Source: Isurus oxyrinchus (lineage: Eukaryota). From it: DNA of 64,000 nucleotides. The translations under genes and the position numbers were made by a program. The DNA lies in the NCBI GenBank assembly GCA_026770705.1, contig JANJGN010000010.1, forward strand, positions 113,026,001 to 113,090,000, given 5' to 3'. Positions within the stretch are counted from its first letter, which is position 1; the number at the start of each line of letters is the position of its first letter. Shown here piece by piece: positions 38,553 to 50,210 of this stretch. The notes beneath the pieces were generated by a model. The model was given only the letters and a program-made list of their open reading frames with translations, made no database searches and had not been told where the DNA came from.

Positions 38553-40538
38553 ATTTATCCCACAGAATGTTTCTAGCGGACCCTTAGTCCAACCAGGAGC
38601 TAAGGCATTTTCAGACTTTTGAATAAATCTGTCAAAACACAGCCACAGGACAAAGACTGAGGATCTGATCGTTAGTAATTCAGTAAAGAATTGGCTTAAG
38701 TCTAAAACCTGACTTTTCATGTAGCTATTTTGTCACTGTTCACATGGCTTTATTGTTCACCCTTGTGCAGCAGTAATGTGGTGCAAACCTCAAGATGTCA
38801 CATTCCTTTTTAGGTCAAAGGCCCTTGTATCTTTGCAGTTACTGAGAGTTGAATAGGAAGTTTGCATGTTTTCACAATGAAAGCTTCACTTCCTTGGTGG
38901 GAGGCCATTGCTATGGGTTTTGTCACTCTTTATCTTGTTTACTGCTCTCTGCTTGCTAACACAACAGTACAAGCAGATTTGTTAGATCGTCCTACAGTAC
39001 TTCAACTGAAGAAATTACAGCAATGTATTAGAAGCCTTTCAGGCTGTCTTTTTGCTGACAATTGACAGCTGGTGAATTAATCTGCCAGACATATGCTGTC
39101 AAAGTAAATTTGTTTCTCCTTCAAGCCAAAGAGTGATTTATTGCACTTTACTGAAACGAGAAACAAGGAGTCATCAATAGATGGCTTCCTGATTGAATTT
39201 GTTCCATGCAAAGCACAAGTAACTATAAAAATAAATACCTAAAGAGCCTCCCTCATGAAATTTGTGTGTACATAATATATATTATTATTGTGAAATTAGA
39301 AATAAACATCAGTTTGACATTAGTTCTATGACACAAAATATAAAGCATTCATGAAGGTTCAAAAATGTCTTGATCACACATCTGTGTAGACCACTGTTTC
39401 ATTATATCCCAACAATGTGACTGTATAAATTTTCACAATATTTGGCTTCTTGTTTGAAGATGTTTGAATTTGTTTTGGCCATAGCTTCTTGGGGAGCTTA
39501 ATTTAATTCAGAGGTAATTTCTACAGATGTACTACCTGTGGTGTGGTTAACATTTTTGCATGGTTTGGTGTGGTGTGCACGCCTGTTTTTAAAATTCCAT
39601 CTGATCCAAGCCCTTTAGGAAGATGATAGATAAAGCTCCTTCTGCACATGTTACGAAATTTACTTTTTTGGTCTACTGACCAACTTCCAATCTTTGGGAT
39701 TGCAGGTAAGCTGTTTCTGGCCTATAGCATCTAGAGGTTAGTTTCTACAAATATACATTGAGTATGAGTTCACCAATAATCACCCTTGATCTTCCTAATA
39801 TAACTTTGTATTTGCTAATTCTAAGCAATGACTTGAAAAAATTATGTAAATATTATTCCACGATGAGTTTCAGCGGCCACCGGAGAAAGTTCCCTGTGTA
39901 AGAGATTGGACTTACTGAATGGCAAGTATCTTGGATGATAACATTTTGGGTGCACCTGTTCTTTAATGACTGGCTGCAATGGATTTGTACTGAATTTCCC
40001 GCAAAACAGTGCAAAAATAATTGTGAAAGCATATGAAAATTTTTTAAATAGGGATGATGTTTGAAGAAACCTGTGAGGCTCCATTCTTGGAAATGTAGCT
40101 AACGATGTCCTGCAAATCAGTCCTAGTTCCACTCTTTTTTCTTATTCACTGGTTTGCCCTCTTTTATGTCATGAGCCATCTTTAGTACTTTTATCCCTTT
40201 AGTGGACAGATACTAAATTATAAGGGCATCAGTTTTCCAAAATTTATACTTACAAGTTTTTTTTTAACTTTAGTTTTCATATTGCCCGAATCAACATGTA
40301 ACTGTTTTTCAAAAACAATTCCCCTGACATGTCCTCCTTCTTCCTTAACCGAGGCTTTCCACCCACGGTGGTTGACAGGGCCCTCAACCGTGTCCGGCCC
40401 ATCTCCCACGCATCCGCCCTCACACCTTCTTCTCCCTCCCAGAAACATGTTAGGGTCCCCTACATCCGTGATTCCTCTTTCACCTGATGTCACATCAACA
40501 ATTTCCAGTTCCCTGGCCCCAACCGCTTCCTCTTCACC

Positions 40539-41903
40539 ATGGACGTCCAATCCCTCTACACCTCCATCCCCCACCAGGATGGTCTGAGGGCCCTTAGCTT
40601 CTTCCTTGAACAGAGGCCTGATCAATCCCCATCCACCACTACTCTCCTCCGTCTGGCTGAACTTGTTCTCACACTGAACAATTTCTCCTTCAACTCCTCT
40701 CACTTCCTCCAAATAAAAGGTGTGGCTATGGGTACCCGCATGGGCCCCAGCTATGCCTGTCTCTTTATGGGGTATGTGGAACATTCCTTGTTCCAGTCCT
40801 ACTCCGGCCCCTTTCCACAACTCTTTCTCCGGTACATCGATGATTACTTCGGTGCTGCTTCGTGCTCTCGTTGGGACTTGGAAAAATGTATTAATTTTGC
40901 TTCCAATCTCCACCCCTCCATCATTTTCACGTGGTCCATCTCTGACACTTCCCTTCCCTTCCTTGACCTCGCTGTCTCAATCTCTGGTGATAGACTGTCC
41001 ACCAATATCCATTACAAGCCTACCGACTCCCACAGCTACCTTGACTACAGCTCCTCACACCCTGCTTCCTGTAAGGACTCCATCCCATTCTCTCAGTTCC
41101 TTCGCCTCCGTCGTATCTGTTCCGATGATGCTACCTTCAAAAACAGTTCCTCTGACATGTCCTCCTTCTTCCTTAACCGAGGTTTTCCACCCACGGTCGT
41201 TGACAGGGCCCTCAACCGTGTCCGGCCCATCTCCCGCACATCCGCCCTCACGCCTTCTCCTCCCTCCCAGAAACATGATAGGGTTCCCCTTGTCCTCACT
41301 TATCACCCCACCAGCCTCTGCATTCAAAGGATCATCCTCCGCCATTTCCGCCAACTCCAGCATGATGCCACTACCAAACATATCTTACCTTCACCCCCAC
41401 TGTCGGCATTCCATAGGGATCGTTCCCTCCGGGACACCCTGGTCCACTCCTCCATCACCCCCTACTCCTCAACCCCCTCCTATGGCACCACCCCATGCCC
41501 ATGCAAAAGATGCAACATCTGCCCCTTCACCTCCTCTCTCCTCACCGTCCAAGGGCCCAAACGCTCCTTTCAAGTGAAGCAACATTTCACTTGCATTTCC
41601 CCCAACTTAGTCTACTGTATTCGTTGCTCCCAATGCGGTCTCCTCTACATTGGAGAGACCAAACATAAACTGGGCGACCGCTTTGCAGAACACCTGCGGT
41701 CTGTCCGCAAGAATGACCCAAACCTCCCTGTCGCTTGCCATTTCAGCACTCCACCCTGCTCTCTTGCCCACATGCCTGTCCTTGGCTTGCTGCATTGTTC
41801 CAGTGAAGCCCAGCGCAAACTGGAGGAACAACACCTCATCGTCCGACTAGGCACTTTACAGCCTTCCGGACTGAATATTGAATTCAACAACTTTAGGTCT
41901 TGA
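40539..41903 (+). CDS. Penelope-like reverse transcriptase and GIY-YIG endonuclease (N-terminally truncated, 454 aa open)
   Basis: MDVQSLYTSIPH, GVAMGTRMGPSYA, RYIDD, PFLD, YKPTD, Cys linker PCPCKRCNIC, LVYCIRCSQCGLLYIGET, RFAEH and C-terminal PSGLN. Confidence 0.93.
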   Translation: MDVQSLYTSIPHQDGLRALSFFLEQRPDQSPSTTTLLRLAELVLTLNNFSFNSSHFLQIKGVAMGTRMGPSYACLFMGYVEHSLFQSYSGPFPQLFLRYIDDYFGAASCSRWDLEKCINFASNLHPSIIFTWSISDTSLPFLDLAVSISGDRLSTNIHYKPTDSHSYLDYSSSHPASCKDSIPFSQFLRLRRICSDDATFKNSSSDMSSFFLNRGFPPTVVDRALNRVRPISRTSALTPSPPSQKHDRVPLVLTYHPTSLCIQRIILRHFRQLQHDATTKHILPSPPLSAFHRDRSLRDTLVHSSITPYSSTPSYGTTPCPCKRCNICPFTSSLLTVQGPKRSFQVKQHFTCISPNLVYCIRCSQCGLLYIGETKHKLGDRFAEHLRSVRKNDPNLPVACHFSTPPCSLAHMPVLGLLHCSSEAQRKLEEQHLIVRLGTLQPSGLNIEFNNFRS

Positions 41904-42299
41904 GCTCCCTTCTTCATCCCCACCCCCTTTCTGTTTCTTCCCCCTTCCTTTTGTTTTTTTCCAATAAATTATATAGATTTTTCTTTTTCCCACCTATTTC
42001 CATTATTTTTAAATATTTTTAAATCTTTTATGCTCCCCCCACCCCCACTAGAGCTATACCTTGAGTGCCCTACCATTCATTCTTAATTAGCACATTCGTT
42101 TAGATAATATCACCAACTTTCACACCTATGTGTTCTTTTGTTCTGTTGTCTGTGACATCTTTTGATGATCTGCTTCTATCACTGCTTGTTTGTCCCTACA
42201 ACCACACCACCCCCCTCACTTCTCTCCCCCCACCCAACCCACCCACCCCCCCCACACCTTAAACCAGCTTATATTTCACCCCTTCCTTGGATTCACCTC

Positions 42300-42336
42300 G
42301 TTCTGTCGAAGGGTCCTGAGGACTCGAAACGTCAAC
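42300..42336 (+). ncRNA. Minimal hammerhead-like motif (variant core)
   Basis: gtt CTGTCGA a gggtcc tga ggactc GAAA c GTC aac: stems I and II pair, GUC triplet present, palindromic ACGT in place of stem III. Confidence 0.55.
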
Positions 42337-43401
42337 TCTTTTCTTCTCCGCCGATGCTGCCAGACCTGCTGAGTTTTTCCAGGTAATTTTGTTTTTGTTT
42401 TTGTTCCGCATTCAAAGGATCATCCTCTGCCATTTCTGCCAACTCCAGCATGATGCCACCACCAAACACATCTTCCTTCGCTCCCCCCCCACCCCCTCCC
42501 AGTGGCATTCCGTAGGAATCATTCCCTCCGTGACACCCTGGTCCACTCCTCCATCACCCCCTATACCTCAATCCCCTCCCGTGGCACTTTCCCATGCAAC
42601 TGCAGAAGATGCCCCTTTACTTCCCCTCTCCTCACCGTCCAAGGGCCCAAACACTCATTTCAAGTGAAGCAGCATTTCACTTGCACTTCCCTCAACTTAG
42701 TCTACTGCATTCGTTGCTCCCAAGGAAACCGCATTGGAGGCGGTTTCCTCTACATTGGAGAGACCAAACGCAGACCGGGTGACCGCTTTGCAGAACACCT
42801 TTGATCCGTCCACAAGCATTATCCAGACCTTCCTGTCGCTTGCCATTTCAACACTCCACCCTGCTCTCATGCCCACATGTCCGTCCTTGGCTTGCTGCAT
42901 TGTTCTGGTGAAGCTCAATGCAAACTGGAGGAACAGCACCTCATTTTCCGACTAGGCACTTTAATAGCCTTCCAGACTGAATACTGAGTTCAACAATTTT
43001 AGATCATGAACTCCCTCCTCCATCCCCACCCCCTTTCTGATTTTCCCCCTCCTTTTTGTTTTTTCCAATAATTTATATGGATTCTTCTTTTCCCACCTAT
43101 TTCCATTATTTTCAAATGTGTTTCCAGTCATTGTTTTATCTCTACCTTTTAGCCTTTTTTGATTCCTTCACCCCACCCCACCCCCACTAGGGCTATCTGT
43201 ACCTTGCTCGTCCTGCTTTCTACCCTTAATTAGTACATTCGTTAGATAATATCACCACCTTCAACAGCACTTTGTCCTTTTGTCTGTGACATCTTTTGGT
43301 TAGCTCCACCTATCACTGGCCTTCTATCCAGCTCTTCTTGTCCCACCACCCCCGCCCCCCCCCAAACCAGCTTATATTTCGCCCCTTTTCTATTTTTCTT
43401 T

Positions 43402-43440
43402 AGTTCTGTTGAAGAGGCATGCGGACTCAAAACGTTAACT
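43402..43440 (+). ncRNA. Degenerate hammerhead-like motif of older Penelope copy
   Basis: agtt CTGTTGA a gaggc atgcg gactc AAAA cgtt aact; the GAAA box is mutated. Confidence 0.4.
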
Positions 43441-43503
43441 GTGCTCCTCTTCACAGATGCTGCCAGACCTGCTGAGTTTTTCCAGGTATTTTTGTTATTG
43501 TTG

Positions 43504-44179
43504 TGTAAGGACTTGGTTCAGGCAGCTTCACAAAGCATTTTGTCGATGGACGCTATCAGTTCAAGACAGAATTATCTGCGTTCGGTCTCCTCAAGGTGCT
43601 AGTTTATTTTGGGCCACACAGCAGGACCAGAATGCTAATTGGTTAATTGTTATGACTAACTGTGAATGGCCCCTTGGTTATACATCAAAAGAAACATCCC
43701 TTATCCGAGAGGTAGTGACTTTGTTACTCCTGAATCCTTTGCAAAGAGACTGCTGCTTTTGATTGACGTGTTATCTGTGATTCTGAACTCAGTGGGCAGG
43801 GACTTAATCTCACAGATTTAGGTTGGAAGTTTAGCCTGAGAAAGAGAGAGAAGGAGCAGTCAAAGTGTGTGTATGGTATGGCCAGCCCTTAGGAGCTGCA
43901 AGTCTTTTTGCTTTTTAGGTTATTTGCTAGCCTGACTGGCAGAGTGAAGCCTGTTTGCGGTAAATGTGAGAGTTAAAGGTCCACATTTAGAGAGATAGCA
44001 ATTTGCTTCTATGTTTTATATGCCGATGACAGTAGGGAAATATGTAAATAAATTTACTTATTGGTTTGAGACTTGTCTCTCGATTTGGTAAGAATTTTTG
44101 TCCATATGTAGAAAAAATAATTTGCATGATGCATTATCGAGATACATTATAGTAGCTTATGTAAGAGACGAGCCTTACA
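43504..44179 (+). mobile_element. Probable solo LTR
   Basis: Perfect 7-bp inverted termini tgtaagg/ccttaca and AATAAA at ~44047. No TSD seen; abuts the Penelope tail. Confidence 0.55.
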
Positions 44180-44194
44180 TCATGCAATTATTAG

Positions 44195-45125
44195 CAGGTG
44201 GTGAGCTGCCTTCTTGAACCGCTCCATTCCATGTGTTGTAGGAAGGGAATTCTAGGATTTTGACTCAGTGACTGAAGGGATGGTGATATAGTTCCAAGGG
44301 TAGTGGTGTTCCCATGCATCTATTGCCCTTGTCCTTCTAGGTGCTGAAGGTCACAAGTTTGGAAGGTGCTGTTGAAGGAGCCTTGATGAGTTTCTGCAGT
44401 GCATCTTGTAGATGGTACACATTACTGCCACTGTGCTTCGATGGTGAAGGGAGTGAATGTTTAAGGTAGTGGATGGAGTGCCAATCAAGGGCTCTGCTTT
44501 GTCCTGGATAGTGTTAAGATTCTTGAGTGTTGGATCGGCACTCACCCAGACAAGTGGAGGGTATTCCATCACACTCCTGACTTATGCCTCGTAGATGGTG
44601 GACATGCTTTACTGCTTAGCATCCCTGAATGTTGTCCAGGTCTTGCTGTGTATGGACGTGGACTGCTTTAGTATCTGAGGAATTGCAAATGGTTCTGAAC
44701 ATTGCACAATCACCAGAATACACCCCCACTTCTGATATTATGATGGAAGGAAGGTCATTGATGAAGCAGCCGAAGATTTGTGGACCTAGGACGCTACCCT
44801 GAGGAACTCCTGGAACTGAGGTAATTGACCTCCAACAACCACAACCATCTTCCTATGTGCTAGGTATGACTCCAAACAGTGGGGAGTTTTCCCCTGATTC
44901 CCATTGACTTCAAATTTGCCAGGGCTCCTTGATGCCACACATGGTCAAATGCTGCCTTGATGTCAAGGGTAGTAACTCTCAGCTCACTTCTTGCGTCTCT
45001 CTCATTTGCCCATGTTTGGACAATGTGATGAAATCTGGAGCTGAGTGGCATGGCGGAACCCAAACTGAGCAGGTTATTGTTGGGAAGGGCTGCTTAATAG
45101 TACTGTCGACGACATCTTCCATTGG
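44195..45125 (-). mobile_element. LINE family B fragment with internal deletions
   Basis: LDIKAAFDHVWHQG, GVPQGSVLGP and LKNLNTIQDKA on the minus strand. Confidence 0.85.
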
Positions 45126-45488
45126 GATTTATGGATGATTTAGACAGCTCTTGCTTGGACAGTCTGATATCTGCACAGCCTGATATCCAGCTATTCTGTA
45201 TGAATGCTGATTAGGAGCTTTGCCAATTACGTGAGAAGTTTTTATCCATTCTCAGAATGGTGTTGCTGCAAGTTCAACACGTTTTGCCCATTTCCAGTTG
45301 CCCAAAATAAGGTTAGATATGTGGAGTGGTTTGCTAGGCCACTTCAAAGGCTATTTGATTGCCATCAGAAAAGGACAATTAGCACTTGAGGCTCAAATTC
45401 CATGAGAAGAAATCCAGGTACCAGTTTAATGGACACTTGTCAATCATGGTGAAAAATAGAAAAAGGTGAAAGTGTACCTCAATATCTT

Positions 45489-46074
45489 GGGCAGAATTTT
45501 ATGTCCCGACATCATTGCGCACTCGTGTGATATTTTGCTCAGCTGGCACATGCAAATGTCAAAAGTGCACCAGCCAACAATTAAGCAAGCAATTAAGCCC
45601 ATTGATGGCACAATTGTCTCCGATTTTTCGAGGTCCATTCAACCTTACAGTTGGCGGATGGGTGAATTGGCCAGGCAGCCTTTACATTTTTCATCAAACC
45701 TCATCCAAGGGCGTGATGAAGTCTTCATTATGAAGTAAAATAAAAACAAATACCTGTGGACAGCATTTTTGAGGTATGCTTTCAGGTGCTTGTTTGTGAT
45801 GCGTGGACATTTTTTTGCCACTTTTTACATCTTTATTTTATCATTTGCCGGTCTGCAAGTTTGCAGCTCCCTGAGGCAGCTGTCTGCCTTCAGGGAGCTC
45901 TCTCGCAGCACTTAACTGCGCCTGTGGTGACATCATTGCCTGCCCTCTTCCTGCTCCACTCCGGCAACGCTGAAATTTTCAGCGCGCATTTCACACTGGC
46001 AGTTGGGGGTCTGTCTCCTGGCTGCTCCCAGGCCTGCCGATTGCACATGCCCGCCAAGGGTAAAATTCAGGCCC
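45489..46074. mobile_element. Harbinger-like MITE
   Basis: TIRs gggcagaatttta and taaaattcaggccc; relatively CpG-rich interior. TSD unclear. Confidence 0.7.
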
Positions 46075-47059
46075 TGGTATTAGTTATATTGAACCATTGT
46101 TAATTGTACATGTTCAATAAATATATCATGACCCTTGGAAGGAAACAAAGAGAAATTGAATGCTTCTTAGGGAATATTGGACAGCTAATTATCAATGAGC
46201 AATTTTTTGCTGTGGACTTGAGCCTCAGGGGCAACTTGATGTGGTTGTATAAAGTATTTAGAATTATTAGCAGGCTTGAGTAGCTTTCTGCTACACTGAA
46301 TCTTGCAGGCCGCCAAGAACCTTTACTGTATATAAAATACTCATGTTTAGCAAGCAGTTCATTAGCTCAGTGCACTAATGTTGAACAGATTACCAGAGTA
46401 GAACTGACAGATGTGTTTCTTTAGCAGAATCTGTTGACTAACCAAGCTGAAGATTTGTGTATGTCCAGCATTTATTTCAGTTTCTTTAGATAGTTAACTT
46501 TTCAGATATATCTCATCTTTTCTCCTGCTATTTCTTTGCATTATTTTCTCCTGGGTGCTTTCTTAGATGGCAGACCTCTGTGGAAAGATGTTCAGTTTTG
46601 GAATGTCCTCTTGAAAATGAAGATTCTGCAATTGAAATTTGCTTTTATTAAGAAACAAAGAGATGCATGTCATTTCCTTGGCAACTTTAAGATAAGGTAG
46701 AGCATATAAAGAGATGTAATGCTGGTGGAAAGTGTGACTGGACCATTAAGTCTGCATTTCCTACTACTTTATGTATTCATAATCCTAGATTAAAAAGTAC
46801 ACTGAAAAGCTGATTTGTTTTTAAATTATCGGAGATCCTGAATGATGTGTTCACGCAGCAACTCACAACTGTATGGTCAATTCCAAGAATGGTGCTCTCG
46901 ATCAGAGCTGGCACTAACGGGCTTAATGAGAAGGAAGATTTTGAAGTATGTCCTTTGTACAAGAAGTGATTTTTTTTTCAATGAGTGTGGATATAACAGC
47001 CATTGGTGGTTGATGAAACAGAAGAGGGCTGGAAGTGGTGGAGAGTTAGGGAGGCAGTA

Positions 47060-47300
47060 CTTGCAGCAGATATTACCCCAGTAAGTGGGACTACTATAAC
47101 AAAGTCAACTACCTGGCTATGGCAGAATAGTGAGGATGATTAGGTTCATGAAGGAGGCTGTGGTTAAGATGTGCCATCTGCTCCATGAAAATCTGCTGAG
47201 GCATTTAGACATTAGTAATGTATTACCAGTGACAGTGAAGGTTGTCATGACCTTCAACTTTAATACACTAGGGTGCTTCCAGTCATCACATTGGAGAGTC
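47060..47300 (+). pseudogene. Ancient Harbinger transposase N-terminal fragment
   Basis: IRFMKEAVVKMCHLL..LPVTVKVVMTFNFNTLGCFQ resembles the HARBI1-type HTH region. Confidence 0.6.
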
Positions 47301-47642
47301 CTAGGAGTGACTTACTTTGCCTTTTGAAAACAAATTATTTCTTATCTGTTTAAAGAAAGAATCACAGACTTAAAGATATAAGTAGATAAATCTGAGTAAA
47401 TTGTACGGTTAGTGGTTTGTGGATTTAGTGTGCATTTGGCTCTCACTCTTTGTGAACTTGTGTTCCCCTAGTTGAAGGATCATCACTGTGAGCAGCTGCA
47501 TAGCCACCTTACAGTTTCCATGGGGTACAGGGACCCACGATCTTTGTCGGTAACTAACCCTGGGATTTCCATTGTTGTATTACTGTGGACACATGGCTTT
47601 GAGAGATGATGCTTACCTACCATCTCTTGTTCAAATGTATAT

Positions 47643-48376
47643 TGTTATGACCAGGTGAGGAGGAGTGAACTGGCTCCCCCCTATTCAGCCTCCTTGGTTG
47701 GTCGCAATAAAGGTTTTTAAATTTCTTCTCTACTTGGATGCCTTTTCTGAATCCAAATGTACTTTTTTTACTGTCTATGCAGTGAAAAATACGGAGCCAA
47801 TCAAATGAGGTTTTCTTGAGTCAAAGAATGAGCAAGTTTATTAGCCACTAAACCTGAGGAAAAATAATGAAAGACATGGCATCACACACACAGGTATCAG
47901 AAATAAGGAAAGTTAGACTCCAAATAAAAAGTTAAAAGAATATACGGTTTGGTGTCCTTTGCTTTTCTTTGAGGCATAGATTGTTAAACTTGTGGCCAAT
48001 TTAAGTTAGCTGGTTCCTTAGATGCGGTCAGATGTATAAGATTTTGCAATTCTTACGATATCTCGGTTTGTTGGTAGATTTTGATATGCTAACTTCTTGA
48101 ACTTGTTCCAGGAGAGAGAAAGAGAGACCTCTTCAGCCTGTTCCTTCTGCTGAAGTCTTTTTCAAAAAAATCTTTCCTCTGATGATTTTTGCCTCTGGCC
48201 TGGCAAACCAGTTCTTAAAGTCCTGCTGGCTGTATAATCCAGAGGAGTTTGATTAACATGTCTGCTGCAATCATTGTGTTTTGGAATCGGTAATCACATT
48301 TTATGATGTTTCATCTCAGAAACTTTTGATGCGTTTCAAGATAGTAAAATCTAACAGGAGATGGGGGTCTTTGACA
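47643..48376. mobile_element. Possible solo LTR
   Basis: TGTtatga...ctttgACA termini; flanks match only 2 of 4 (atat/ctac). Confidence 0.4.
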
Positions 48377-49096
48377 CTACTCAGTGAGGGTGGATGGGAG
48401 GAGGAGGCGGGGTTTGAGTGTCTGTTCCCACTTAGGCGGAGTGTAAGTTGTATATCCTGGTTGGCAAGCAGTTCCACACTGTCTTAATAAGATTTGAGTT
48501 GATAAAATCCAGCACTTCGCATTTTTAATATCTTCCTTAGATAGTGATGAGCTTCGATGTCTGTAAATTACTCGAAATGAGTCTCTTTTCACACTCCCTT
48601 TGTAGGGCATGAAGGGGGTGACTTGTTTGCTTTTCTCACTTTCACCCTGGAAGGTGGCTACGCATTTTAAAGTAGTTCCTTCTCAGTTCAATTTGCAGAA
48701 TTTCCAGTCCGTTAAAGGTTTTAAAAATTATATTTCAAAAATAAGAGGTATAGCTTCATGACAGTATGATGATACAGAACTACCACTGAGATAAGCACCA
48801 CTGTATTCCTCCACACATTGTACAGTTTGAGGGTATCTCTTCATAAAGCCCACCATTCTGAGTATAGAACAGTGAAATTTCAGAATTTCTCTCAGACTGA
48901 TGCCCATAACCATTCTGCTTTTAGTGAAATGAAACTCCCTTGGAGTTCATAGCCTCCATAGTAATAATAGGAACATTTGTAGAGATGCTATTGCCTGTGG
49001 CCTGTGAAACTGATGTCAGCATTGATATTTCACATACCCTATTGTTCCATGCGTTTCTCCTACTTTTTCTGAACAACTGTAACAAACTTGTAAATA

Positions 49097-50210
49097 CAAC
49101 AGAACCAACTTGCATGTATGTAGTGCCTTTAATGTAGAATTTTTTTAAAGGCATTTGCCAAGATGAAAGGGAAAAAATAAGCTGAACCATAGAAGGATAT
49201 ATTATGACATACAACTAAAAAGCTTACTAAAAAGTGGAAAGGCTAAGGGAGGGAAATCCAAGCATGGACCTTAGATTACTAAAAGCATGGCTACCAGTAC
49301 TGGAATAATGGGAGTGGGAATATACATAAAAGGCTAGAGTTGGAAGAGCAGAGATTTGTAGTGAAGGATAATTGTAGGCCCGGAGGATGTTACATACATA
49401 CATACATACATAGCTATATGAATAAGAGCAGGAGAAGGCCATTTGGCTCCTTGAGCTCACTCCACCATCTGATAAGATCATGGTTGATCTGATTGTGGCC
49501 TCAGTTCCACATTCCTGTCTACCCACAGGGATAGGGAGAGGATGGGGAGGTCATGAAGAGATTGAACACATGGATGAGAATTTTAAATTGGAGACATTGA
49601 GGAATAAGGTGACAATATTGGTAGAGAAAAACAGGGGTGATAGTTGAGCAGGGTGGGGCAGGATAGGATACAAGCAGCAGGCTTTCAGATGAGCTGAAAG
49701 TTTATGAAGAATTGGAGGCTAGTCCAGAGAGCATTAGAATAATCAAGTCTATTGATGGCAAAAGCACGGATGAAGATTTCATCAGTGTATGAACTGAGGC
49801 AGGGGCAGGAACCTCTGATGTTATGGAGGATAAGATAGGTAATGGAAGGGATAGGGGCTCAGAAACTCAATTTTGGAATTGAATAGGATGTGAATGTCCC
49901 AACACCTTTTAGCCTAAAACATTGGATGAGGAGATAGAATTGGTACCCAGTCTATGGACATTTATGGGTGTGGGGGTCATAATATATCTATGGTTCAGCA
50001 TATTTTTTTCCCTTTCATCTTGGCGAATGCCTTAAAAAATTTCTACACCAAAGGCACAACATAAACACAAGTTGGTTCTGTTGCAAGTGAAGACTTTGGA
50101 TTTCCTAAGGTCAGACTAGCAGTCTAATAACACAAAGGCACTGGAGGATTTGAGAGAGAAGGATGTTGAGAAGTAGAACTGGGTATCATCGGCATACATA
50201 TGGAAGCTGA
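49097..50210 (-). mobile_element. L2 3' fragment containing a CR1 tail insertion (~49394-49524) and an inverted copy of its own 3' end (49976-50083)
   Basis: L2 tail at 49097-49150; gtatcatcggcatacat (MYADDT) at ~50182; CR1 tail with (TACA)n. Confidence 0.8.

Larger units (their letters stand above)
40462..42404 (+). mobile_element. Younger 5'-truncated Penelope-like element (Neptune type)
   Basis: Uninterrupted RT-EN ORF, pyrimidine-rich 3' region, hammerhead-like motif, and gatgctgccagacctgctgagtttttccagg tail. Confidence 0.93.
40307..43500 (+). mobile_element. Older 5'-truncated Penelope-like copy (40307-40461 and 42405-43500) hosting a younger copy
   Basis: 40307-40461 parallels 41136-41290 and 42405 onward parallels 41317 onward. 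GIY-YIG LVYCIRCSQ..YIGET is disrupted by a stop; the 3' tail ends ~43500. Confidence 0.88.
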
